Of a DNA stretch of 64,000 nt, positions 9,435-17,745 are shown piece by piece. Each line of letters starts with the position of its first letter. Position 1 is the first letter of the stretch. A program made the position numbers and the translations under genes. The notes beneath the pieces were generated by a model. That model saw only the letters and a program-made list of their open reading frames with translations, made no database searches and was not told where the DNA came from. Location: the NCBI GenBank assembly GCA_021463165.1, contig JAJTWY010000011.1, positions 4,072 to 68,071 of the forward strand. Direction: 5' to 3'. The stretch is from Pyrinomonadaceae bacterium (lineage in GTDB: Bacteria; Acidobacteriota; Blastocatellia; Pyrinomonadales; Pyrinomonadaceae).

Positions 9435-10250
9435 TCAAGCGGAGAGCAGCGGATTGTACATCATGATCGCGTGGTTCTCGGTGACGAGTTCTTCGCTGGT
9501 CATTCCGTCGACGAGACTGGTCGTTCGCTTCCAAATGCGGTTGTGACGCGTGTAGCCGCCCCAAGGCTGCATCTTGATCAGGTGGTCAGTCTCGAAAACA
9601 GCATAGTCGTGTTCGCGTGGCCGATCGGAGAGGAGTTTGCCATTCAGGTATTCGTTGTCGAGCCAAAGTTTGATTTGAAAAGTGGCGTCGGTATCGTTGC
9701 GAAGCTGCAGGTCGATGTAGTTGTAGGCAAGTGTGGCTCCGCAAGCGAACGGTATTTTGCGGTCAATGTCGGGAAAGACATCAAAGCCATGACGATAGCG
9801 TTCAGTTATCGTCAACGGCGAATGAAGAGCCATCCAGTATAGTAGGTTCCCAAGTTGGCAAAGCCCGCCGCCGACCCCTTTCTCGATCTTGCCATTGTGC
9901 AGGACCAGGCCCTCGAGAAAGCCGCGTCTTGAAGTTGGCCGGCCGACCATACGCCAGATCGATAAGGTCTGGCCGGGTTTTATGACAACATCGTTTATAG
10001 GCTCGATCGCAAGGCGTAAATTCGTGACCTTGTTGTACTGAAGATACATCTCGACATCGCGAAGCGGCCGGAGGATAAATGAGCGATGGCAAAATATCTC
10101 GTGGGCGAGATTTACGGAATGGTCGGGGCGAGCAAAGCGTCTTGAGTTGGCGAGCCAGACCAACCGTCGCCGGGCGGTATAATATTCGCGGCCTAACAGA
10201 CTTCGCAAATAGCTGCGTTTGATCGGTTTAGGGAATAGCTTGCGGTCCAT
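9435..10250 (-). CDS. VanW family protein
   Basis: 271 aa. The conserved VanW core is GGGLCQLGNLLYWMALHSPL, with the downstream HGFDVFPD / GATLAYNYIDLQLRNDT blocks. Confidence 0.8.
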   Translation of the reverse strand: MDRKLFPKPIKRSYLRSLLGREYYTARRRLVWLANSRRFARPDHSVNLAHEIFCHRSFILRPLRDVEMYLQYNKVTNLRLAIEPINDVVIKPGQTLSIWRMVGRPTSRRGFLEGLVLHNGKIEKGVGGGLCQLGNLLYWMALHSPLTITERYRHGFDVFPDIDRKIPFACGATLAYNYIDLQLRNDTDATFQIKLWLDNEYLNGKLLSDRPREHDYAVFETDHLIKMQPWGGYTRHNRIWKRTTSLVDGMTSEELVTENHAIMMYNPLLSA

Positions 10251-10326
10251 CGGCTGCCAAACAATCGCGTGTTGAAATCAAATTGTAGCACTGGCCGAAC
10301 CGACAATGTTAGCGTGCCGTTCGCTC

Positions 10327-11301
10327 CTATCTTGAATTTCTTACGGCAACGATCTCGGCTGCGATCGAGACGGCGATCTCTTCGGGAGTTTGACTGTTGA
10401 TCGGGAGGCCGATCGGTGTACGAATGCGGGCGAGCTTATCGCTGTCGACGCCTTGATCGCGAAGCTCCTTCATCAATGTCTTCATCTTGGCCTCGCTGCC
10501 AAGGACACCGAAGTATTTCACTTTATGATCGATAAGGGCCTGGATGACGACGGCGTCGCTCGCGTATCCGAGAGTCATGACCACGACGTAAACATTATCG
10601 CTGGAGGGGATTTCCGCCGCGATATCCTGGTAAGAATCTACGATGGTCACCCGATCGGCAAACTGATTTTTGGCGATCGTATTAAGCGAAGGCCGGTCAT
10701 CAAAGATGGAGATCCGAAAATCCAGTTTTGACATCAGCTCACTCAACGCAAGAGAGCAATGTCCGCCGCCGACGATAAAAAGATCATGCTTGTAGCCGAG
10801 GCGTTCGCGATAAACAAACTCGGTCTCGCCAGTTTGTGTGAAATATTGCGGCGAGTGATCTTCCATGTCATCGACCATCTGAAATCTCAAATTTGAGATC
10901 TCCAATGCTCGCGACTCGCGGTTTTCTAAACACACAATTATTCGCTGAACGGTTTCGAGATGGTCCGTCGTGAGCGGTTTGACGATAATCGTCTGACGGC
11001 CCGAACAGATCATCCCGCTCGAATTTTGGATATCTTTACGGTGGATCTGTTCAACCAGCTCCGCTTCATTTCTGCCTTCGGCCCTCTTACTTTTTACTTT
11101 GGCCAACTCCGCGAGCCGAACTTCCATTACGCCGCCGCCGATCGAGCCGCACAATTCACCATCAGCCGCAACGGCCATCTTGTAACCGGCGCGTCCCGGA
11201 CTCGACCCGCTGCTCTCGGCGACGACGAGCAAAATTACACACTCATCTTGTAGCAGATGTTCGGCGACGAATTGCCATAGTTCGAGAGCCTTAGAGATCA
11301 T
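10327..11301 (-). CDS. xdhC: XdhC/CoxI family molybdoenzyme maturation protein
   Basis: 324 aa. The XdhC_CoxI N-domain has SSGSSPGRAGYKMAV and GSIGGG. The Rossmann-like C-domain has LFIVGGGHCSLAL. It lies in the same strand block as xdhAB. Confidence 0.85.
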   Translation of the reverse strand: MISKALELWQFVAEHLLQDECVILLVVAESSGSSPGRAGYKMAVAADGELCGSIGGGVMEVRLAELAKVKSKRAEGRNEAELVEQIHRKDIQNSSGMICSGRQTIIVKPLTTDHLETVQRIIVCLENRESRALEISNLRFQMVDDMEDHSPQYFTQTGETEFVYRERLGYKHDLFIVGGGHCSLALSELMSKLDFRISIFDDRPSLNTIAKNQFADRVTIVDSYQDIAAEIPSSDNVYVVVMTLGYASDAVVIQALIDHKVKYFGVLGSEAKMKTLMKELRDQGVDSDKLARIRTPIGLPINSQTPEEIAVSIAAEIVAVRNSR

Positions 11302-11824
11302 TTCTGGTGCGGTCTAAAGCTATCTCTACGGCCGATCTCAACTCGCCTTTCAGGCTTTTTTCAAACTCTTCTCGGAAGTCTTCGAGGAGGGGGAGATCGA
11401 CCATATCCTTTTCTCTACCGGATTCCCGCTTGCTGGCAATAATATCGCGAATATTGGCCACTGGAAATCCATCGACCACGTGTTTGCGTTTGTCGGCGAC
11501 TTCAAAACTCTCGATCCCGTCGGGAGCAAACACAAGGTCAAGGTCGAATGGGCCGTCCTTTAGCTGAACAAAATCTACGCCGCTGATAATTTGTTCCGCG
11601 ATATTTTTGTCGACCGAGAAACCAAGTTCGTTTAGAGCGTCGACAAGCTTTTTCCCGTTCTGTGGGCTTTTCTTTGGAAACAGATCGACATCTTGAGTTG
11701 CGGCCGGATAACCTAAAATTATCGCCCCGCCCTTGCCGATAAACAGAAATTCGACACCGTGCCTTGCAAACGCATTGGCAACTTCACGAGCCTGTTCGAG
11801 TTGGAAATAAGAGCGCTCAGGCAT
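11291..11824 (-). CDS. minimal nucleotidyltransferase-fold protein (DUF6036-like), TA-like module component
   Basis: 177 aa with an NTase signature GG-x10-T-x-D-x-D (FIGKGGAIILGYPAATQDVDLF). A later block ASKRESGREKDMVDLPLL is common in small NTase proteins. It overlaps the xdhC start by 11 nt and the upstream small ORF by 8 nt. Confidence 0.55.
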   Translation of the reverse strand: MPERSYFQLEQAREVANAFARHGVEFLFIGKGGAIILGYPAATQDVDLFPKKSPQNGKKLVDALNELGFSVDKNIAEQIISGVDFVQLKDGPFDLDLVFAPDGIESFEVADKRKHVVDGFPVANIRDIIASKRESGREKDMVDLPLLEDFREEFEKSLKGELRSAVEIALDRTRNDL

Positions 11825-12032
11825 GGTCGTTGGAGTTGTGACTGACGAGTTTGAAGCCGAGATATCGGGGTAGATTTCTGTCGGCCCACTCGCGATACTC
11901 CTTCATCGTGTCGAAGGTGCGAACCTTTGCGTCGTCGAGAATTGGCTTGTGATTGCGGAAGAAGCCATATTTAAAACGCGATGCAAGGTCTCGTTGTAGC
12001 TGCCGACGGCACTGCTCGCGAAAATCATCCAT
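11817..12032 (-). CDS. small hypothetical protein (71 aa), probable partner of the NTase
   Basis: An ATG-initiated ORF, 28 nt downstream of the xdhB stop, with an 8-nt overlap onto the NTase gene. I recognised no family. Coding status rests on position and overlap only. Confidence 0.4.
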   Translation of the reverse strand: MDDFREQCRRQLQRDLASRFKYGFFRNHKPILDDAKVRTFDTMKEYREWADRNLPRYLGFKLVSHNSNDHA

Positions 12033-12060
12033 AGGTGCATTCTACACGAGAAAAAGTCGA

Positions 12061-14307
12061 CTAACGATACAGGTTCATCAAAACCTTTTCAGGCGTGAAT
12101 GGACAATCGAATTCAGGCGAGCAGTCAGTGAATGATTTGATCGCGTTGCGGATCGCAAAATACGCGCCGATGCCGTACATCAGCGGCGGTTCGCCGACGG
12201 CTTTTGAGTTGAAGATGGCGAGGTTTTCGCGCGTAGTTTCGAGCGGCAAAACGGCGATCTCTTTTGGCACCGAATGGATGTCGGGAACCTTGTATGTCGA
12301 GAGCGCGTTTGAGCGGAGTTTGCCATCGCGGTCGTAAACGACTTCTTCCATCGTCATCCAGCCGAGGCCTTGGACGATGCCGCCCTCGATCTGGCCGAGA
12401 TCGACGGCTGTGTTCATCGACGTTCCAAAATCGTGACAGCATTTTACGTAATCGATCTTGTAGCGGCCGCGAAGACAATCGACGGTGACGCCGACGATCG
12501 CCGTTCCATAAACGTGATACGCGAACGGATGTCCCTTCGCCGTCGTCCAGTCAAAACCGATGCCCGGCGTCGCGTAGTGCGAGTGCTCGCTCAGGTTCAC
12601 GCGTTGAAGGTGTGCTTCCATCACAAGCGAATTCCAGTCGAGCGTAGTCTTTTCGCCGTTGCGAAAAACGAAACCTTGCTCAAGCGAAAGATCATCGACG
12701 CTCGCTGCTTCGACGAGGTCTTTTGCCACATCGAACAGCCGGTTGCGAATTGCGTCGCACGCAAGCTGCGTCGCTTTGCCGTTGAGATCGGCGGCGGCGG
12801 ACGCGGCGGTCGGCGATGTGTTCGCGATGCGAAGCGTGTTTGTCGTATGAACTTTTACTTCGCCGATGTCGAGCCCAAACATCTTCGCGGCGACCTGCGC
12901 GATCTTTGTATTCACGCCCTGCCCCATCTCGACTGCGCCGGTCGAAACCGCGACGCTGCCGTCGGTGTAAACATGCACAAGCGAGCGAGCTTGATTCATC
13001 GGCGTTTTTGTAAACGAGATGCCGAAACACACCGGCATCATCGCCACACCTTTCTTAAAATACTTTGACGACGCGTTAAACTCATCGGATTCTTTATAGA
13101 GTTTTGTGAAATCGTATTTTTCGTCTGCCTGCGTCCACGACGTGACGGCCTCGCTTTCCGCTTTTTGTCCGTAAGGAAATTCGTCGCCATCGACGAGCAG
13201 ATTTGCTTTTTGAATTTCTGCGGCCGTGACGTTTAACCTTTCCGCCGCGCGAGCGATCGCGGATTCGATGACAAACATTCCTTGCGGTCCGCCAAAGCCG
13301 CGAAACGCAGTGTTCGGCGGCAAGTTTGTGCGACAGCAATACGCGGTCGCCGTCACGTTCGGTATGTAATAGCTGTTCGTGCAGTGAAACAGCGTGCGTT
13401 CGAGCACGGGCGGCGAAAGGTCGCACGCGGCACCGGCGTTTTGATAGAACGTCGCCTCGTAAGCAACGATCTTCAGATCTTTGTCGAGGCCGATCTTATA
13501 GTCTGACGAATACGGATGCCGCTTGCCGGTCATCCGCATGTCTTCCATGCGGTGAAGCGCGTATTTTACTGGCTTTCCCGTTAATTGCGTCGCGACCGCG
13601 CAAATGCCTGCCCACGCATTTGCCTGATCTTCTTTGCCGCCAAAACCGCCGCCGAGCCGCTGCACATCGACCTCGACTTTGTGCATCGGCATGCCCGTAA
13701 CGCGACACACAGCACGCTGCACGGCGGTCGGCCCTTGCGTCGAAGAATAAATTTTTATGCCGCCATTTTCGGTTGGCAACGCATACGCGCCTTGCGTCTC
13801 GATGTAAAGATGTTCCTGTCCGTTCTGTTCCGTGCGGCCTTCAAAAATGTGCGCGCAATTTGCAAATGCCGCAGCCGTGTCGCCGAGCACAAATTTTTTT
13901 GGCGGAACAATAAAGCTTTCGTTTGCAGCCGCAACACGTGGATCGGTCACGGGCTCAAGTTCGTCGATCTCGACGGTTATTTTCTTTGCGGCTTTGCGGG
14001 CGAGTTCTTCTGTTTCGGCAACAACGATCGCTATCGACTGCCCTTGAAAATGCACTTCGCCATCCGCAAGCAAAGGCTCGTCAGGCACGATGCCGCCGAT
14101 CTGATTTTCGCCAACCAAGTCTTTCGCAGTGATAACGCGCACAACGCCAGCACTTTTTTCCGCTTCGTTTGTGTTTATACTTTTCAGTTTTCCGTGAGCA
14201 ACCGGCGAATCAAACACACACGCATACAACGTCCCGCGAACAACCGGAACATCGTCGAGATAAACGCTCTCGCCCCGAACGTGTGAATGTGAATCGATAT
14301 TTTTCAT
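12061..14307 (-). CDS. xdhB: xanthine dehydrogenase, molybdopterin-binding large subunit
   Basis: 748 aa with Ald_Xan_dh_C/C2 family blocks (GGGFGGKE, RGFGGPQG, VEMGQGVNTK, KAVGEPP). It is adjacent to xdhA. Confidence 0.9.
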   Translation of the reverse strand: MKNIDSHSHVRGESVYLDDVPVVRGTLYACVFDSPVAHGKLKSINTNEAEKSAGVVRVITAKDLVGENQIGGIVPDEPLLADGEVHFQGQSIAIVVAETEELARKAAKKITVEIDELEPVTDPRVAAANESFIVPPKKFVLGDTAAAFANCAHIFEGRTEQNGQEHLYIETQGAYALPTENGGIKIYSSTQGPTAVQRAVCRVTGMPMHKVEVDVQRLGGGFGGKEDQANAWAGICAVATQLTGKPVKYALHRMEDMRMTGKRHPYSSDYKIGLDKDLKIVAYEATFYQNAGAACDLSPPVLERTLFHCTNSYYIPNVTATAYCCRTNLPPNTAFRGFGGPQGMFVIESAIARAAERLNVTAAEIQKANLLVDGDEFPYGQKAESEAVTSWTQADEKYDFTKLYKESDEFNASSKYFKKGVAMMPVCFGISFTKTPMNQARSLVHVYTDGSVAVSTGAVEMGQGVNTKIAQVAAKMFGLDIGEVKVHTTNTLRIANTSPTAASAAADLNGKATQLACDAIRNRLFDVAKDLVEAASVDDLSLEQGFVFRNGEKTTLDWNSLVMEAHLQRVNLSEHSHYATPGIGFDWTTAKGHPFAYHVYGTAIVGVTVDCLRGRYKIDYVKCCHDFGTSMNTAVDLGQIEGGIVQGLGWMTMEEVVYDRDGKLRSNALSTYKVPDIHSVPKEIAVLPLETTRENLAIFNSKAVGEPPLMYGIGAYFAIRNAIKSFTDCSPEFDCPFTPEKVLMNLYR

Positions 14308-14358
14308 AAAGGATTAGCCACAGAGAACACCGAGACCTCTGAGCTAAAAAGTTTTCTT

Positions 14359-15828
14359 TTACTCAGCGATCTCCGTGAGCTCTGCGGCCAACAGTTCTAC
14401 AAAATGTGTGCGAAAAAGCTGTCGCAGCAGCAGCCGTTTGTATTGCTCGGTGCCGCGAACGTCCGAGATCGGCGCGATCTCGGACTGCATTATTTCGTTG
14501 GCGGCTGTAATAGTTTCCTCAGTGATTTCTTTGCTGCGTAAAAAAGCTGACGTTTCTTTCAAATACAACGGAATCGGCGCGACACCGCCGGCGGCGAGGT
14601 GAACGGATTGGAGCGCAAGCGTCCCGCTTGCATCCGTCGTCACGCTCGCAGACATCGCAGTGTTGACCGTCGCGATGTCGAGATACGTGCGTTTGCAGAC
14701 CTTTTCAAAATTAAATCGGAAGTCGCCGGACGGTTTTTTAAACCTAACCTTCGTGATAATTTCTTCGGGCGATCTAGCGAGTTGTTTGTAGCCGAGATAA
14801 AAATCTTTTAATGCTAACGTTCGCGTATCGCCCTTACAAACGTGCGGGCTTGTGCATAGTTCGATCTCAGCGTCGAGGGCGAGGAAAAAAACTGTCATGT
14901 CGCCGATCGGCGAGGCGTTGACGAAGTTGCCGGCGAGCGTCGCCATGTTGCGGATCGGCGTCGATGAGACGAGCTTTAAGTGTTTGTAAAGATCCGGGAA
15001 AACGGCGTTCATTACGTCCGACTCGAGCAGATCGGTGACGGTCGCCGATGCGCCGATCTCGATGAATTCGCCATTCTCGCGGATGCCGCGAAGCTGTTCG
15101 TCGTAAAGCAGGGGCGTTGCGTAGGATTCGGCCATATGCTCGGGCTTCTGGACGTACACGTCAGTTCCCCCGCCAACAAAGGGCACACTCCCTACCGGTC
15201 GTGTTTCCGCCTTTGGGGCCGAGTCATTTAGGTCACCTAAACGTTCCGTAATGTAAGCAAAATATTCGGGGACAAACTGTTTACCGTTAGCTGCTAATTG
15301 TTCACTGACTCTACATGCTGCTCGCTCGATCGACTTGTAGCCGGTGCAGCGGCAGATGTTGCCGTCGATGGCAGAGATGGCGGCTTCTTTATCAGCCGTT
15401 GGATGGTTACCACTGAGCAGAACGTCCTTTGCAGTTTGCGGACGAGGGCGTCCGCGTTCCGACAGGCAGAATCCGGTCAGCGACATTACAAAACCAACGG
15501 TGCAAAATCCGCATTGCGTGCTGCTCTCGTCAACCATTGCTTGCTGCACGGGCGTGAGCGAGCCGTCGGCGGGATTTATGCCTTCGATGGTGACTATGTG
15601 TTTTCCAGCCGCGTTCGCGAGCGGCATCAAACACGAAGTCATCGTGCGATAGCGAACTTTGTCGCCCATCAATTCACCGACGAGTATCGTGCACGCGCCG
15701 CAATCGCCCTCGCGACAGCCGATCTTTGTGCCTTTCAGATCTTTGTGATAACGAACAAAATCGAGCACGGTCTCGCCTGCGGGCTGATCGGTCGAGATAT
15801 CTTCGTTGTTGAGGATGAATGAGATCAT
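14359..15828 (-). CDS. xdhA: xanthine dehydrogenase small subunit (2Fe-2S plus FAD-binding domains)
   Basis: 489 aa. The plant-type ferredoxin cluster is GCREGDCGACT. The second cluster is CGFCTVG...CRCTGY. The FAD-binding region has GGGTDV. Confidence 0.9.
   Translation of the reverse strand: MISFILNNEDISTDQPAGETVLDFVRYHKDLKGTKIGCREGDCGACTILVGELMGDKVRYRTMTSCLMPLANAAGKHIVTIEGINPADGSLTPVQQAMVDESSTQCGFCTVGFVMSLTGFCLSERGRPRPQTAKDVLLSGNHPTADKEAAISAIDGNICRCTGYKSIERAACRVSEQLAANGKQFVPEYFAYITERLGDLNDSAPKAETRPVGSVPFVGGGTDVYVQKPEHMAESYATPLLYDEQLRGIRENGEFIEIGASATVTDLLESDVMNAVFPDLYKHLKLVSSTPIRNMATLAGNFVNASPIGDMTVFFLALDAEIELCTSPHVCKGDTRTLALKDFYLGYKQLARSPEEIITKVRFKKPSGDFRFNFEKVCKRTYLDIATVNTAMSASVTTDASGTLALQSVHLAAGGVAPIPLYLKETSAFLRSKEITEETITAANEIMQSEIAPISDVRGTEQYKRLLLRQLFRTHFVELLAAELTEIAE
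15185..15207. repeat. solo 23-nt arm of the palindromic element also found in mpl
   Basis: ACACTCCCTACCGGTCGTGTTTC. Its reverse complement differs by 1 nt from each of the two arms at 24194-24216 and 24260-24282. It lies in frame in xdhA, where it encodes ETRPVGSV. Confidence 0.8.
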
Positions 15829-15915
15829 CTATAGTTCTATATCGTCGTGATGCCGGGACACCGAGGAAAGACCGGCGGTTTCGTCGAGATCTCCGCTGCG
15901 ACACGGCATCCCCGG

Positions 15916-16368
15916 TCAAAATCTTCGAATCAGGACCACACCGGCGGTTATCAGAACGATCCCCGCAATGCGCGGCAGGTTAATTTCCTTGACCTCGACA
16001 CCGAGTAGGCCGTAGTGGTCGATGATCAGCGACATCAGCAGTTGACCCGCGACGAATAGGCTGAACGTCATCGCTACGCCAAGCCTGGGCACCAAAAGTA
16101 CGGCGGCGGTGACGAAACATGCCCCGAAAAAGCCACCGAGCCATGCCGTAGCCGGTGCTTGCGTGACTGCTGAGTAGCTCGCCGAGCCGAGCCCCGAGAA
16201 GAGGGCGACGATCAAGAGCAGCAAGGTTCCGACGACGAATGAAAGAAAGGCGGCGAAGATCGGGCTGCCGACCGTGATCGCCATGCGATTATTGGTCGCA
16301 GCCTGCGTTGGCATCATCGCTCCCGCGATCAAGGCGAGAATCATTAGAAAAAGCGTATTTGATGACAT
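15916..16368 (-). CDS. DMT-superfamily membrane protein (DUF606/YdcZ-like)
   Basis: About 150 aa, very hydrophobic, with 4-5 TM segments. I prefer the start MSSNTLFLMIL at 16368 because it removes the overlap with the deaminase gene. Confidence 0.65.
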   Translation of the reverse strand: MSSNTLFLMILALIAGAMMPTQAATNNRMAITVGSPIFAAFLSFVVGTLLLLIVALFSGLGSASYSAVTQAPATAWLGGFFGACFVTAAVLLVPRLGVAMTFSLFVAGQLLMSLIIDHYGLLGVEVKEINLPRIAGIVLITAGVVLIRRF

Positions 16369-16381
16369 GAATTCCCGCGAG

Positions 16382-16858
16382 CTAATAGTCGGTTTTGTCG
16401 GCTTTTGCCTTCCATTCAGCAAAGAGTTGCACGGCCTCGTCGCGGAGGATGGTTTTCATCGACATCCGCCGCTGATCATTGGGCTTATCAAGTTCGGTGT
16501 AGATGTATTCATCGTCAAAGCCGGCCTCAGCGGCATCGTTGCGGTTCCCGGCAATGTAGATGTTTTCCGGCCGAGCCCAGTAGATCGCCCCGAGGCACAT
16601 CGGGCATGGCTCACAAGAAGTGTATACGGAACATCCCTCCAACTGGAACGTGCCAAGTTCGGCGCATGCGCTTCTAATGGCGACGATCTCGGCATGGGCT
16701 GTCGGATCGTTGGAGGACGTAACCTGATTGTTTCCTTCCCCGACAATTTTTCCATCCTTAACAATGACGCAACCGAAGGGGCCGCCACTATTGGCGTCCA
16801 TACCCCGGCGTGCGAGGTCGATCGCACGCCTCATGAATTTCTCATCACACTCATTCAT
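16382..16858 (-). CDS. CDA-fold nucleoside/nucleobase deaminase, probably guanine deaminase
   Basis: Zinc motifs HAE and CEPCPMC. The roughly 158-aa size is like small GuaD-type enzymes. It sits next to xdhAB. The ATG at 16858 overlaps the stop of the upstream gene (ATGA). Confidence 0.75.
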   Translation of the reverse strand: MNECDEKFMRRAIDLARRGMDANSGGPFGCVIVKDGKIVGEGNNQVTSSNDPTAHAEIVAIRSACAELGTFQLEGCSVYTSCEPCPMCLGAIYWARPENIYIAGNRNDAAEAGFDDEYIYTELDKPNDQRRMSMKTILRDEAVQLFAEWKAKADKTDY

Positions 16859-17733
16859 TGTGTTTTCGGGCCGGTTACCTTGATCTCGTAGAGCTTCTTC
16901 CAATTCTTGCCGGTCACGAACAGACGATCGCTTGCGGGGTCATACGCGATCCCGTTCAATGTATTCTCTTCTTTTGGATGGCCTGAGCCTGGCCGATAAT
17001 CTACCGGAGGTTGGTCGTCAGGCGATATCCCGGCGAGATCGATCCATCCGACTATCTTGCTGGTCGACGGGTCGATGCGAGCGATGTAGTTATTCTTGCC
17101 CAACGTCTCAGGGTGTTCGGAATGCCAGATATTTGCCCAGATCTCGCCTTTTACGAACTCAAGTTCATTGAGTTTCATCATCGGCTTACCGTCGTCACGC
17201 ATTATCGCGAGCATCTTGTTCGACTTGAATGTCTCCCGGCTGAGTACGCGCATGACGTGCGTGCTGTCCGTCATATAAAGGTTCGTACCATCATTGGTGA
17301 GGCCCCAGCCTTCACCTTGATAGCTGAATTCGCGTAGGAGCTTGAAGTCGTTGACATCGAAAACGCGACAGATGCCTTCGCGCCAGGTGATCTGGTATAT
17401 CTTGCCATCAAGGAGCGTTATACCTTCGGCAAAATCGGTCCTTGGGAGATCGAATTTCTGAACAACCTTTCCGGTTTCGATCTCGACCTTTCTCAGTGAC
17501 GAAGAGCCATATTCACCTGTGCTTTCATAAAGAAAACCATTATGAAAAAGCAACCCCTGCGTGAAGGCATTCGGGTCGTGAGGATACGATCGAACCACCT
17601 CGTAGCCATAAACCGGGGGCGGCGCGGACCGGGTGTTCGAATTCGACCTATTGGCAGCAGTATTCGTTGAAACCGGCGAGCCGGAGCACCCAACGACCAT
17701 CAGTCCGGTCAAAAGAACTAGAAGAAAGCGCAT
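16855..17733 (-). CDS. glutaminyl-peptide cyclotransferase (beta-propeller glutamine cyclotransferase family)
   Basis: 292 aa with a signal peptide. YPHDPNAFTQGL...YESTG.YG.S.L and the LNGIAYDP...LFVTGK blocks are typical of bacterial/plant-type QC. Confidence 0.8.
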   Translation of the reverse strand: MRFLLVLLTGLMVVGCSGSPVSTNTAANRSNSNTRSAPPPVYGYEVVRSYPHDPNAFTQGLLFHNGFLYESTGEYGSSSLRKVEIETGKVVQKFDLPRTDFAEGITLLDGKIYQITWREGICRVFDVNDFKLLREFSYQGEGWGLTNDGTNLYMTDSTHVMRVLSRETFKSNKMLAIMRDDGKPMMKLNELEFVKGEIWANIWHSEHPETLGKNNYIARIDPSTSKIVGWIDLAGISPDDQPPVDYRPGSGHPKEENTLNGIAYDPASDRLFVTGKNWKKLYEIKVTGPKTQ

Positions 17734-17745
17734 ATCAGCAATGGT

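Noticed and set aside
14308-14358. The CACAGAG/CTCTG-containing spacer between xdhA and xdhB might be a hairpin repeat like those after ald and the DUF4912 gene.
   Set aside because: Only a 5-bp stem can be formed. It is most simply an intercistronic spacer.
15829-15915. A possible purine riboswitch or other leader upstream of xdhA.
   Set aside because: The 87-nt spacer lacks the conserved purine-riboswitch junction and loop sequences, and I could draw no three-way junction. It cannot be excluded without a covariance-model scan.
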